A stretch of 64,000 nt of DNA from Acanthaster planci (GCF_001949145.1 NW_019091361.1:1900866-1964865); one strand, 5' to 3'; counted from the stretch's first letter, positions 22,615-35,275 are shown. Made by a program: numbers and translations. The notes: generated by a model from the letters alone, not told the origin.

Positions 22615-24157
22615 ATTGTAACTTTTAAGGACGCCCAAAATAAAGTGATGAAGGGAAATCGAAGTTCCTACCGGAGTATTTACCTGTAGTTTGCCCTGTA
22701 ATTACTAAATTTAACAGATTTGAACGTATACTGCTGGCAGCCCAGAAGCCATTTTGTTCTTGACAGCAACCATTTTGGTACCGCCTCCGCCGACCTATAT
22801 AGTTTCATTTCCATCAGTATCACCCAAGCTTGTAAGGAGTCATCACGTGCGCGACTGGGAATGAATTCAATTTAATTCAGAATACTTTATTTATCCTTAA
22901 AAAGGCAATTACATTATATTTGGACAGCTCGTTAAAGACGCCATAAGTAGATTATCAACAAGTAAATTACAAGCGATTAATTATATCAAAACACCCACAA
23001 ACAGTATATACTTGTCTTAATTAAAATCGTGTAAATGTGTGATACCTTATACTGTACATTAACAAAGTAGTGCAGCGCCCCCTCCCAAAAAAAGAGAGGA
23101 AAAATGAATGCAACCATGACATAAAATGATTGTAAAATAGCCAGTAAGATTTAAAATAACAAATGTGGACCACTGCCTATCAAATTGCAGAGTTTGGAAA
23201 ACTTTTTGGTGACCTGACATATTATGGAAAATGACACAACTGTGTATCAAGTTCCTTCTCTGAGGTCCACCATAAAGTCAAATTGAATAGCATCAAAGGC
23301 ATATAAATGTTTCACTTTTCAATAAGTTATTTAATTCTGAGTTAGTTTTTTCTTTTTTATTACTGTGAGTGTAACACCTCAACTAAATAAATTTGCAGTT
23401 AGTAACATTTGTAAACAACAGCAGGTTTCTGATTGTGCTACGTCATTGACTGCCGTTAAAGATCTTGCAGTTGAAATTTTGTGCATGAATATTTAAACTA
23501 ATAATGGGGAGGGCTCATCGAGGTTTGGCTTAGTGTGCAATAAGTACCATTTTATGAGCTGTAGCTACCAGTTGCCATGGTAACCTCCAATTAAATTTAT
23601 GCTTGGCCCACGTCATTACTTCCACCTATGTGGTAATTGCTGAATTCGGTAAATGTTTAATAATGCTGGAAGCACCCTTCACAATTTGCAACTGAATCCT
23701 TTTTTGGAATGCGGAATAACTAGACACGGCGAATTCGTGTGAACACACTGCGTCACTTTTACCATGCGTGATACGATGAAACACTAAATTTTGCAGATGG
23801 CAATTGGTCTTATTCAAGTCAAGCTTAGATATGTGTTACTTCTTCGAATACTTCCGTATAGGATCATTGAAAGGAAGTTGATCTTCTCTTTTGTGAAAAT
23901 TGTATATAATGGCATGCGGTAACTTGATGTTTGCGTATTTTGAAATATTTAAGTGCTTTTCAGGAGCAGAAGCTTTAAGTTGGCATGGTAACTGTGCCAC
24001 AATAGCATAATTGGCTTATCTATTCATCTCCATGTTTCTGGTATATCATCGCTGAATTTAAATTAGTTTTAATAAGGTTGACAGCGCAAGTCGCATGTGA
24101 CTGGGATATTTTTGAATTTGGAATAACAAGAGGGAAAACTAGCGTCATTGGAAAAAG

Positions 24158-24676
24158 ATGTCGCCCTGTTTTCTTTTCATCTTTCTGGCATTTGCAAGCA
24201 GCGTTTTATGCTCCTTTCAATTATGCGATCGACACTATGGGCTTTGCATAGCTCCCTGGAAGAAATGGGGTAGATCTTGCTACCTCCTCACCAAACAACC
24301 TCTCTCGTATGACGACGCCCGTCAGACTTGTCGTAAACTGGGAGCCAAGATGGCAGTGCCACGCTCGGACCAGGAGAACGACTTCATGGTAAGCCATGCC
24401 CTTGGCAGCACCGTCTGGATTGCGTGCAGCGATCGAAAGCAGGAAGGCGACTGGAAGTGTGAGGGGTCCCACGATTGGAATTACACCAACTGGAGAAGCG
24501 GTCAGCCTGATAATTTTAAAATGCAGGAGCACTGTGCAGCCATAAGATCTTCAGACAAGAAGTGGAATGACTATCCATGCAATAAGAGGCTCTTGGCTGT
24601 TTGCAAACAGCAACCTCGTATCCACTGCTTCACTGCAAACAGCGAAGGCCGGCTAAGGTCCAGTTCCTGTCTCTAA
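24158..24676 (+). CDS. Secreted C-type lectin, copy 5 (172 aa)
   Basis: Intact paralog, QPDNFKMQEHC...WNDYPC. Confidence 0.92.
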   Translation: MSPCFLFIFLAFASSVLCSFQLCDRHYGLCIAPWKKWGRSCYLLTKQPLSYDDARQTCRKLGAKMAVPRSDQENDFMVSHALGSTVWIACSDRKQEGDWKCEGSHDWNYTNWRSGQPDNFKMQEHCAAIRSSDKKWNDYPCNKRLLAVCKQQPRIHCFTANSEGRLRSSSCL

Positions 24677-25695
24677 AACCTAACTTCTAATGACGCTGAC
24701 AGACGACGGAAATCAATGTTTTTATGTTGTGCCCTTGTTTAGCCCCTTTTTGGTAACGACTTCCGAATTCATGAAACTGATAAATCGTGGAAGTAACAAG
24801 TTTCGACTTTTGGGGCTGATGTAGGGACCCTAAACGAACTTTTATCAATGGATCGTCGTCAGTTTGCCGTGCAATCATTGACATGTGTTTAATAATATTG
24901 GAACGTAATGTAAGAGGTCCAATAATCATTGCAAATATCATCACGCGTTCAAACTAATAGTCGAATCTTGGAAATCTTTTTGCCAACTCAGCAGCATTGG
25001 TATAACCACAGAGCCAATGTAAATGTTTCCAAGCTTTCCTTGCTGAACCTCGTCAAACCTAAGATTTTAAATGAGATCAGGTCGCCCTTTTAGTACCACA
25101 ATGAGACAACATACGTCAGTCAAGTGAAATCATGTATTGATGGGAATTATATCACAAGTGTGCACAAATCATGATCGACAATAAATTCCAAATTCGTTTA
25201 AACTGATGAATCATGGAAGTAACAAGTTTCGATTTGAGATTATCGGAAATGATGTAGAACTTTTCTCCGTGAATCGTCGTTAGTGTGTTCCATCAAAAGG
25301 CCCGCCACTATTTTTGCACATCAGCTTCGTACTTTGAAATGACTGTGTGACCTCCCACCAAGCGCTCTTAGTTTATCGTGCTTTATAGAGTGCTGCCATT
25401 ACGCTGATGTACAGGAGACACACTGCCATGATTCAACCGCATCCTGGTACGTCAACAGATCATCCAGCCATGATTGGCAGTGTTTTATGGCATGCCTGAT
25501 TCCTTAATGACTTCAGCAAAAAACCAACTTCATGCATAGTTTTAACTACACGCACTGGATATTCTGTGTCACTAGTTTCACACCATATGCCAATATGCTT
25601 CTTACATAACCAGAAAAAACTCCGTGTGCTAAATAGAACAAATAATTCACAGTTAGACGATTCCACCGTGTTCAAAAGATTGTGTATGTTGTTGT

Positions 25696-25952
25696 CAGTG
25701 GCGTAGCCACTGTTCCCCCTCGCCTCCCCCTGTCTGGAAAATTTGACTTGGGGAGGTGGGGAAAGCTGTCACGACGCCATATGCTGTGTGTCGATGTGCT
25801 TTACCTTTGTAGACCTGTTTAACAAAGTTCTTGAAAGAGCCGTCTGTTTTGCAAACTAAATGGCGTAGCCACGAGGGGGGTTGGCCTCCCAAGGGAACTC
25901 TTGCCCCCTCCTTCCCCTTCCATCCTCTGAGAAGAGCCTGGCTATGCCACTG
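25696..25952. mobile_element. CAGTGGCGTA-type MITE (paralogous insertion at ~15075-15305)
   Basis: gttgt|CAGTGGCGTAGCC ... GGCTATGCCACTG|gttgt; inverted ends with direct flanking repeat. Confidence 0.7.
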
Positions 25953-26155
25953 GTTGTTATCATAGATAGTTAAACGTTTCACTAGCTGTTTCATATCGTA
26001 TTTGCTTCATTGAGATATGGATCTGACTGCGATGGCAAGTACGTGTACTGCAATTGTTGGTGTTACACTGGCCTCCTGCCTGCATGGTGCCACACGGAGA
26101 CAGTTGCACTGATCTCAAATGCTTTGAATTTGTGCCTACATTGACAGATAACAAA

Positions 26156-26300
26156 ATGTCTTTTCAAATATTTGGCATCTACGTACAGTTGGCAGTTCTG
26201 AGCGGGATCTTTAACTGTTCTGCATCGTGCAATCAAGGGCGCGGACTCTGCACTACTGCCCCTTGAAAGAAATGGCTTGGGTTTTGTTCCCGCATTCAAA
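26156..26300 (+). pseudogene. C-type lectin subfamily B 5' fragment
   Basis: MSFQIFGIYVQLAVLSGIFNCSASCNQGRGLCTTAP*KKWLGFC: TGG to TGA stop, then truncated. Confidence 0.75.
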
Positions 26301-26763
26301 ACTGTACCTGCATTATGTCGGAAGCCATCACCGTGTCCCTGATAGCAACCATTGTCACCGTCTTCATGCACCTTCTGCTCGCATTAGTTTCAATTTCCTA
26401 CGTATCACCTGAGGCCGTAAGGAGTCATCACGTTCGCAACTTTAATAATTTGTAATGAACTCGTAAAAATATTATAGATGAAAAAGTGAATTGAAACATA
26501 GTGCAAACTAAATAAGGAAGCAACGTAAAACAAGTAAATAATTGACATAAAACCGTTATTAAGATGTCTCAGCTTGACGCCAGCAGTGGCGTAGCAAGGG
26601 GAGGGGGGCACGTGCCTTGTTACCTTGGAAGCAATTGCTGAGTTGAATATGTTTTCTCTGGTATCAATATCTACAGTGCAAGCCACATAAATTGCAACCA
26701 GAGTTTTTTTTAGAATGTTGGATAACTAGACATGAAGAATTCAAATCACAATTTTTTCCAAAG

Positions 26764-26984
26764 ATGTCGCCCTGTTTCGTTTCCATCTTTCTCATTTCCA
26801 AGCAGTGTTTTATGCTCCTTGTAATCATGCAATTGACACCATGGGCTTTGCATAGCTCCTTGGAAGAAATGAGGTAGATCTTGCTACCTCCTCACCAAAC
26901 AGCCTCTCTCGTATGGCAACGCCCGTCAGGCCTGTCGTGAGCTGGGAGCCAAGATGGCAGTGCCACGCTCGGAGAACGACTTCA
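26764..26984 (+). pseudogene. Lectin copy 6, disabled 5' half
   Basis: MSPCFVSIFL start, 2-nt deletion, TAA/TGA stops, 6-nt deletion in RSDQEND, truncated after ENDF. Confidence 0.88.
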
Positions 26985-27234
26985 ACAAGGTTGAGTCTCT
27001 TTCTGTCAACTACAAAATTCAGAATGTGTTAACATATCAGACAAGAAGTGCAAATATTGGATTTTATTTTTTCTCTGAATCACACAATTAACCTACTTAG
27101 TTTTTATATTTACTGTGATACGAAATTGGTTTTATCGTGCAAGATGTGAAACATTCAATTTTGCAGTAGGCAATTAGTCTAATTCAATTCAAGCTTTAGA
27201 TGTGTGTTCGTGATTTCTCGGGGGTGTGCTGTAA

Positions 27235-27640
27235 AGGATCCTTCATAAATACCTCAGACAGTTTCACTACTCAGCAACACGCAAAGCCACCGTTTATTAA
27301 CATTTGATAATGCCCGCTACGTAAAAAAAAAAGCAATCAGGCATCTGGATACGAGAGAGTTTAATCCATCCCTATTCAGTCAAGAATCTGCGTGCGACGA
27401 AACATGCAGAACGCGCCACGCGCGCACCAAGTCCATATATAGAGATTCTTCTGGACAACTCGCACAAATATATACCATAAAATGGACAGGGGTGTTCGGG
27501 AAATGGAAGTAAAATTTTCGAACAACATCGTCAGAAATCTATCATATATTGACCTCTTTTGACTTCTGACTAGAAAAAAAGGTATTTATGAAGAGGAATG
27601 AATATGTTCATTCACGCTGATAATGCCCTCGCCTGCTGCT
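27235..27640. mobile_element. Dispersed repeat (second copy ~43085-43530)
   Basis: Shared blocks cagacagtttc, acatttgataatgcc, ccataaaatgga...ggggtgttcgg, atcgtcagaaatc, aaaggtatttatgaa. Confidence 0.55.
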
Positions 27641-28004
27641 TCGTTCATTTGTCATGTCCATTCTCCAAAGATAGTCTTAAACGTACATTCTATTCCCTCA
27701 TCGAAAGGAAGTTGATCTTTTCTTTGCGAAGATTTTTATATAATGGCATGTGGTTACTTGTTGTTTGCGTATTATGAAATATTAAGTACCTTTTAAGGAG
27801 CACAAGCTTTCAGTTGGCATGGTAACTGTGCCATAATAGCATAATTGGCTTATCTAATTATCTCCATAATCTTCACTGGTGTGTAATTGCTGAATTGAAA
27901 GTGTTTTTTATTTATAACGTTGGAGGCACAAATCGCGTGCGACTGGGATATTTGTTGGGAAATTTGGGAATAGCAAGAGGGAAGACTCGCGTCATTTGAA
28001 AAAG

Positions 28005-28523
28005 ATGTCGCCCTGTTTCGTTTTGATCTTTCTGGCATTTGCAAGCAGTGTTTTATGCTCCTTTCAATTATGCGATCGACACCATGGGCTTTGCATAGCT
28101 CCCTGGAAGAAATGGGGTAGATCTTGCTACCTCCTCACCAAACAGCCTCTCTCGTATGGCAACGCCCATCAGGCCTGTCGTGAGCTGGGAGCCAAGATGT
28201 CAGTGCCGCGCTCGGACCAGGAGAACGACTTCATGGCAAGCATGGTCCCTGGCATCAGTATTTGGGTGGCGTGTAGCGATCGCACTCAAGAAGGTGAGTG
28301 GGAGTGCGAGGGGTCCCATAGATGGAATTACACCAACTGGATGATCGGTCAGCCTGACAATTATGGCATGAATGAGCATTGTGCAACCATATGGTTATTC
28401 TACAAGAAGTGGAATGACTATGGATGCGACAACAAGCTGCTGGCTGTTTGCAAACAGCAACCTCGTATCCACTGCTTCACTGCGAACAGTGAAGGTCAAC
28501 TGGAAGCTGATTCATGCCTATAA
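28005..28523 (+). CDS. Secreted C-type lectin, copy 7 (172 aa, most divergent)
   Basis: Intact paralog, QPDNYGMNEHCATIWLFYKKWNDYGC. Confidence 0.92.
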   Translation: MSPCFVLIFLAFASSVLCSFQLCDRHHGLCIAPWKKWGRSCYLLTKQPLSYGNAHQACRELGAKMSVPRSDQENDFMASMVPGISIWVACSDRTQEGEWECEGSHRWNYTNWMIGQPDNYGMNEHCATIWLFYKKWNDYGCDNKLLAVCKQQPRIHCFTANSEGQLEADSCL

Positions 28524-29585
28524 AACGTAACTTGGATGACGCCTAAGACACTGGATAAGCAAAAACCCACTTTTCGACCCTTGTGGTCAGCCCACGCTCA
28601 GTACTTACGCTTGGAGGATTCACTACCGCCAAGGCCCTACAATTGAGGCTATACAAAATGTGATTGTTTCCACGCGTTCAGCTAGGGGAATCTTGGGAAT
28701 CTTTTCCTCCACTCAACAGCATCTGTATAACCACAGGACTGATGCAGACATCTTCAAGCCGCCCTTGTTGAACCTCCATACAAACCTAGTTTAAAATCGG
28801 GACTGGTTTCCTTTTTATTATAACAAAACTAAGTCAAAGTACAATAGTTTAATTGAAACGTATTGAACTATGTACATGACAAGTGAGCACAATCGGGATT
28901 GAAGTAAATTGATTACTGGTCGAAGTAACAAACTTTAAAACAAACGTAAATAGGAGACAATCTAGGCAAAGGTCCATCTGTGAATCATATTTAATATGTT
29001 CCATTGAAGGGCGCTCGAATAATTTTGCATTTCTGCAAATGGGCATTTTGAAACAACTGTGCAACTTGACACTACTTTATCACTTCACCACAGCTTATCA
29101 CGCTAACTTCATCAGTACCATGATTTACCTTATCGTGTGGTGTTTACAAATTGAAAGATAAAATAAAATAAGTGATCAACTACATTTTTTAATCATTTTT
29201 TTAAGACATGCGTAATTATTTATTTGCTGTTAAAACATACCCATTCAACACGAAGTTTTAACTTCTATTGTCTTTCTGTTTGAACTGTGTTGTAAATGTG
29301 ATGTATCTCGAGTGATAGGATCTGTACACCACTATGCTTCTCCCATTTAGCAAGTGGTTCGTAATCACTGGTTACAGTTGGAGAGTTCCATTAAGTGCAG
29401 ATGATTGTGTGGGCTGTTGTCGTGGCTATATGTTTCAGTGGCTTTTTCAAGTTAAACAAATTAGTTGCGATCCGGTGATCCAACTACGATAGCAACAACT
29501 GCGTGTTACATGCCTCCTGCCTTAGCCAGGCACTGAGAAAGTTAATAAATGCTTGGAATGTATACCAAATTGGACGGAGTCTACA

Positions 29586-30045
29586 ATGTCTTTTCAAAGA
29601 AATGGTATTTGAGTATTGTTGGCAGTTCCACCTGCATCATGTGATTGAGCTTGTGGGCTTTGCGCTGTCTGTCCCTTGAAAGAAATTGGGTGGGTTTTGT
29701 TACCGCAACACCCGGAAACCTCTAGGACATGTCGACGCCCGCGAGGCGTGTCGTCAGCAGGGAGGCAGGTACCCCCAGAACTGTCGGGTTTGTCGTCTGC
29801 CGCTCTCAGAAGGCGGGATGGCTGTATTGCTCTCAAACCAGGAGAACGACTGAACGAGATGCATGGAAGAGACGACTGCAAGTGCGGGGAGTACCACAAT
29901 ATCATGTAGATGAGCGATCAGCCTGATAATCAAAGAAAGAACAAGTGCTGTATAATCATGTGACCATTGAATGACTTTCATTGCGACGGGTGCCGCTTCA
30001 AACGCCAAATTTCTGCCATGTCTAATTTAATTGGCAGGTCCCAAA
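29586..30045 (+). pseudogene. Highly decayed near full-length subfamily B lectin
   Basis: Fragments MSFQ..VLLAV, KKLGGFCYRNTRKPLGHVDAREACRQQG, MAVLLSNQEND, SDQPDN, LNDFHC with many stops and indels. Confidence 0.75.
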
Positions 30046-33000
30046 TCAGAATCGTAGTGGTACCATTTGAAAATGCGCATGCACCAGCTGCAATTATTCA
30101 CCTTTTCGGCGTTAAACCAAATGGTGGCTCTCATGGGCATACCACTGAGTGATGAGGACCTTCTGTCTGGAAATGATGGACGGACAGATGAAAAAACTAC
30201 CAAAGTTTCTAACATTTATAACTTCGGTTTTGGAAACCCTTTTTGCTGACCGACTGTGCCCTAAACGATTCTAACGATGGATTCACAAACTTTTTCAAAC
30301 AAACGTCATTAACAACATAGTCGTTTTCTGTAACAGCATATCAATCATAATCTCTTCAGACAATCTTTAGAAACATATCCCCAATCTATACCTTAGAGAT
30401 ATGGGGATTTCTGTAACCGCGTTTCACTCTAAATCGTGTCTAATGTGGAAAAAGTGAAACTTTCCAAGGTTGCTCTTGAAGCCCGCACTACTGAATCATT
30501 TATCTGACGTCGTAATCAGCATAGGCCCCCTAATATTCATAGCCAACCTGCATGATTGGCCAAATGATGTTGATCCGACAAGATCAGTTGGGGGTTATGA
30601 AATTTTTGCTTTAAAGGAAGAGCAGCAGGAGTAATGGACAGATAAACAAAACCCGCTTTTTAACATCACCTGCAATAAAATTTATCGCAGAAAGAAAATA
30701 TCGCACTATTATAACATGTCTCCTCTCCTGTTACGCTGTCCTCAAGGATCACATTTCGTTCAACAGAAAATCGATGTCACCGCCGGACTTCTGTCGCTTT
30801 TATGTCAATTGCAATTAAATGAATTTAGACACAGTAGAAGTTCGACGTTTGAAGCGGGCCTTAAGTTCTGGTTCACTCGAACAACAACCCCGTGCCCACG
30901 GCTCCACTGCAAACAATAAAATAGACTATAATTTGATTCCTTTTTAAAGTGTAACAGAAATTGAAAGCATTTAGTGCATGTGAAGTATTTCAAAATAACA
31001 CTAAATATATAACCACTTCAAAAACATCGTAAATTTGATGTTCACCCATTAATTATGACCCCAAAATGAACAAAAAAATCCTGCGTTTCCCCGCCCAAAA
31101 AAATTCCTCTTTTGACCGTCCGCGCTCCCAGAAACTAAATGTTTTCAATTTCTGTTACCACATTCGTTCGTTGACAACCGACCTTACTGTATGACATATA
31201 GTGTTCCACGTGTAAGTTGCGTCGTGCTGTCGCGTCATGCCGTAAAATAATAAAAGAGTATATAAAACAATATAGAGAGAGCTGCAATTAATACAATGGA
31301 GGCAACACAATAATGCATATATATCTTGATGGGTCACTGCAGTGATGTTAAGGAAGCAAAGTAACGTGATACACACACATCTGGCCTTCATTTCCAAATA
31401 TTATGGGCAAATTGGCAAGAGTCAAGTAGGTTATACTTGACTTGAGCCGATTTTCCCTAAAATTTTTCTTGACGTTTCTTGGAGAGCTCTCTTGAATGAA
31501 ACTTCTTTTGGGTAATCCAGATGGATTGAATATTTTTCAGTTATTTTTATATCTGTGTCTCTGTGATAAATGAAACATTCTCTGTCTTCTTGCATCTTTC
31601 ACATCATTATATATTGTGTAATGTACATCCCGAAAATTGGAGCAAATTAAATGAAATGGGTACTCCCCAAATGATCGGCTCGTCACCTCATGTAAATTTT
31701 TTTGTTTGATATTCAGACAGCGTACGACGGAATTGCAACTGCGCAATGATGACTGGTTTCCGCTGCCATGGGTTCAAAATCAAGGTAGAATGGGTGGACG
31801 GGAACCAATGAATGGCAAAACAAATGAAATTAACACGTGGTGTTGTGAGGCGTACTCCTAATTTCGCAGGCATCGAGGAGCTATGGAGCCTTTTCCGACA
31901 CCGTCTGAACATCTAAAGTAAGTTTGCTGTTTTTGAGTGGATTTTGATCAGTTATAAACCGCAAATTAAATGAGAAGTGGTACATGCCTAATATTAATGT
32001 AACTATAAAACACGTAATGAAACCCAGTCTTATTGCAACAAATTTCCAGCTACTGTGCGAGAATTACGTGGGAATTTTTCTCAAACAGAAAGCGGGGATT
32101 CAGGCATTAGGCTATTGTAGGATCCTAATCCCCCGAAGAAAACAAAGTAGTCACTATAGGAAAGCTCAGAATCTCATTTTTAAGGTATAAACATTCAAGA
32201 AGTAGGTGGCACATCATGACCACGTTCTTACGTCATCACCGTCAGAATGGTGCTCGTCTGTAAAAAAAGTTAGATGTGAAAATACATTTAGGCTACCAGT
32301 TGATTGCTGCTTAGGTTTTTGTGTGCTCTGGTTCTAGTTTACTCTGTGGTACCAGACAAGTCTTTACTCAGTCGAAGGGTTGTGGAGTCATTTTGTGGAG
32401 GACTTGGAAAGAAAATTTAACTTTAAATTGGAAAGAATTCCATATACAAACGCCACTTGACACCCTGTGCACAAACCCTATGAGAAAAAAAAATCTGTGT
32501 TTTGCCAGCAAATGATTTGGTATTTTTCCTCCTAATTTGAACTTTTTTGGCTTTCTGATGGCTACTAAATTACTGTAAGGAAGAATTACAGGCATCCATA
32601 TATAGAACTCTTCCTGTAAAATTCTTACTTTGACAGCTGAGAACATACATATACATATAGAAACCGATGTGGTTAGTTCCTTGTTCGATTTCGACAATAT
32701 TTGTTTAATATTGAACAAGTAACCATTTGATATTCCATCATCGAATAAGTAACCGTTTGGCATTCAGGATGTACACCCCTAAAAGCGATGGTGTGCAAAA
32801 GGGGGGAAAAACCACTCTGCCACCATGCACATCACATGTACCCATTTACATTGTATGTGCCACTTCACAATGATGAATACACAAACAATTCTCTCCTATA
32901 GAGGGAACCAAGGGCAACAGGTTTTTTGGGTTCATACAAGTATTGGCATAACTGTGCCCCCGGGTGTCCCCCCCATTTGAAATCCACGAACAACCTCGGC

Positions 33001-34599
33001 TGCAGCTTATTGTCTTTTGGCACCCCCTTGAAAAAAATGTGTGCTCCCCAGTTACCCTCCTGGGTGCCCCGCAGACATAATCGCCCTACTTACGCCACTG
33101 CGAACAAGCCCAGAAATGTTAGCGACCGCTTTTTTATTGCAGTGTAATTATTAGAAGAAAAATAAAGGTTAGTTTTATATACATGATGTTTCATCAAACC
33201 TATTTCGGTCAATCGAAAAGATACACATCAATCCTACGCCCAGGCTTTAAAGTTCTTTTTTCAAAGTGCTTCTATACACTTCAACTTGTCTTGTCGGTTG
33301 AGTTCTTAGCTTGCAAACCAGAGTGGGAATTTGAAAATTACACCACACTTCTCTCAAATTGAAATAAAATACCCAAACTCCATGCCCTGCCTGGAATTAC
33401 ATTGAATCTGGAGTCATTCTCCAAAATCATCGTCGACTCCTTGCAACCTGGCACATGGGTTTTTTTTCTTTGAAGCTCAAACAAGCCCTGAATTGTAGTT
33501 GGTACAGTTTGTTTTTAGACCTTTTGCACTCCATCACTTTGGAGGTGTGCATCCTGAATGTCAAACGTTTACTTATTCAGCGTTGAATATCAAAGAGTTG
33601 CTTGTTCAACATTGAATGTCGAACGTCAAACAAGGAATAAGTAACTAGCCTCACGCCGCCCATATATTGAAAAGTGTCTTAAAAGTAAGACATGTACTGG
33701 ATGACTCCAGACTTAAGTCCAAGGACTGGGACTCAGTTTTACAGCAATTTCATTTTAGGAAGATGTTTTTCTCAGCTGTAAAGCCAAAGTATCTGAAATT
33801 TATCGACAAAAATATTGCATGCACTAGAAATGAAATTTATTGCAAAAAATGTGAAGAGACTGTTCGAGGCTCGGTGCGCGTAGCACACGAAGAGACATTA
33901 GGAATACGTGTTCTTCTTGTCGTGGTTGTTGACTGAAGAGACTTCTGAATTATCAATCATGGCATGTAGGCCTAAGGACTATTCCTCACTCAAAACATTC
34001 AAGAAGAAACATCAACAAACTCTAAATTTTGCAATGTCATTACAAATTAATGATTTTATCAGTTTGCAGTTCTGGTTCTTATACTCTGTCCATGTGTTGC
34101 ACGGTCTCTGAATAGATTTCCATAACACGCATAACTATCCTCTGCAATGCTGAGTTCAAATGTTGATGTGTATACCCTGTAGACTGTGCTGTGCACTTAA
34201 AGGACAATTCCTCGGCATGCCCTTTAAATAAGGAACCCATTCAGATTATCTGCTCAATATTTTAAAATTCTAAAAATATATTACTTTTTACACCAAATGG
34301 CTCGTAATGATTTTGGACTTCATATTCACCTGTTACTGTATTTTAAGTGCTGGGTAAAGGAACACAGGCTTATTTTGTGTTTTGTTTTACATTTCTAGTT
34401 GCACAGAGAAGGAAACATGGACAGACATAGGTGATGTTAAAATAAATTGTCTGCCACACAAAGTGGTTCTTGTATACTCCATCTGGAAATGTGAATCACA
34501 ATGACAAAAAAGCTGTCACTAAACAGAATGATGACTTACAACATATTCAGCTTTTGTAATTGTATTTTCAAAAATGCTGGGTAAAAGAATGCAGGGGTT

Positions 34600-34785
34600 C
34601 AGTGTTGTAGGTCTCGAGACCTGGTCTCATTTTTGAGACTGCCTCCAGACCTTTTTTGCGGTCTCGGTCTCATCCTATTAAAGTCTCGGTCTCGGGAGGG
34701 TTGGTCTCAGTCAAAAGTGCTGGTCTCGTTCTTGTTCTCGGTCTTGTCAAAGTCTTGGGTCTCACCCTCTGTTGAGACCACAACA
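34600..34785. mobile_element. MITE with CAGTGTTG end and GGTCTC/GAGACC subterminal repeats
   Basis: cagtgttgtaggtctcgagacc ... gagaccacaac, with many ggtctc motifs. Confidence 0.55.
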
Positions 34786-35275
34786 AATTGTGCACCTAGC
34801 TACCACTCATGAACACACCCACCAGCTGATCTCCACGTGAGTCCAGTTTCCAAACATTGATGTAAATACTGGCATGACACCATAATTTTTCAATTTTCAT
34901 GATAAAGAATTAAATTGATGCTTGAATGGAGACTAAGTCAATGCAGGATGCACTATTGCCAGCACAGGAGACAGCCTTGGAAAGTATTGTTCAGCACGGT
35001 GGACATGCATCTGGAACTTGTACCCAGTGTGCCATTTATTTCACTGGCACACATCTGCGTATTTTGGCACAATGTACATACGTGACCCACATAGATACAT
35101 CTACATGTACTACTACCAGATCTTATTTGGATATTCATTTTGTCTCAATTTTTGGTTCACGGGGAAAAAAAAGTTTAATTTTCACATCAGTGGGGTCACT
35201 CAGGTTGAAAATGACAATTTCAGTCATACCAGTGGGTAAAATTTTGGCTGACCTCTCTAACCAGTTCAGTGATCA

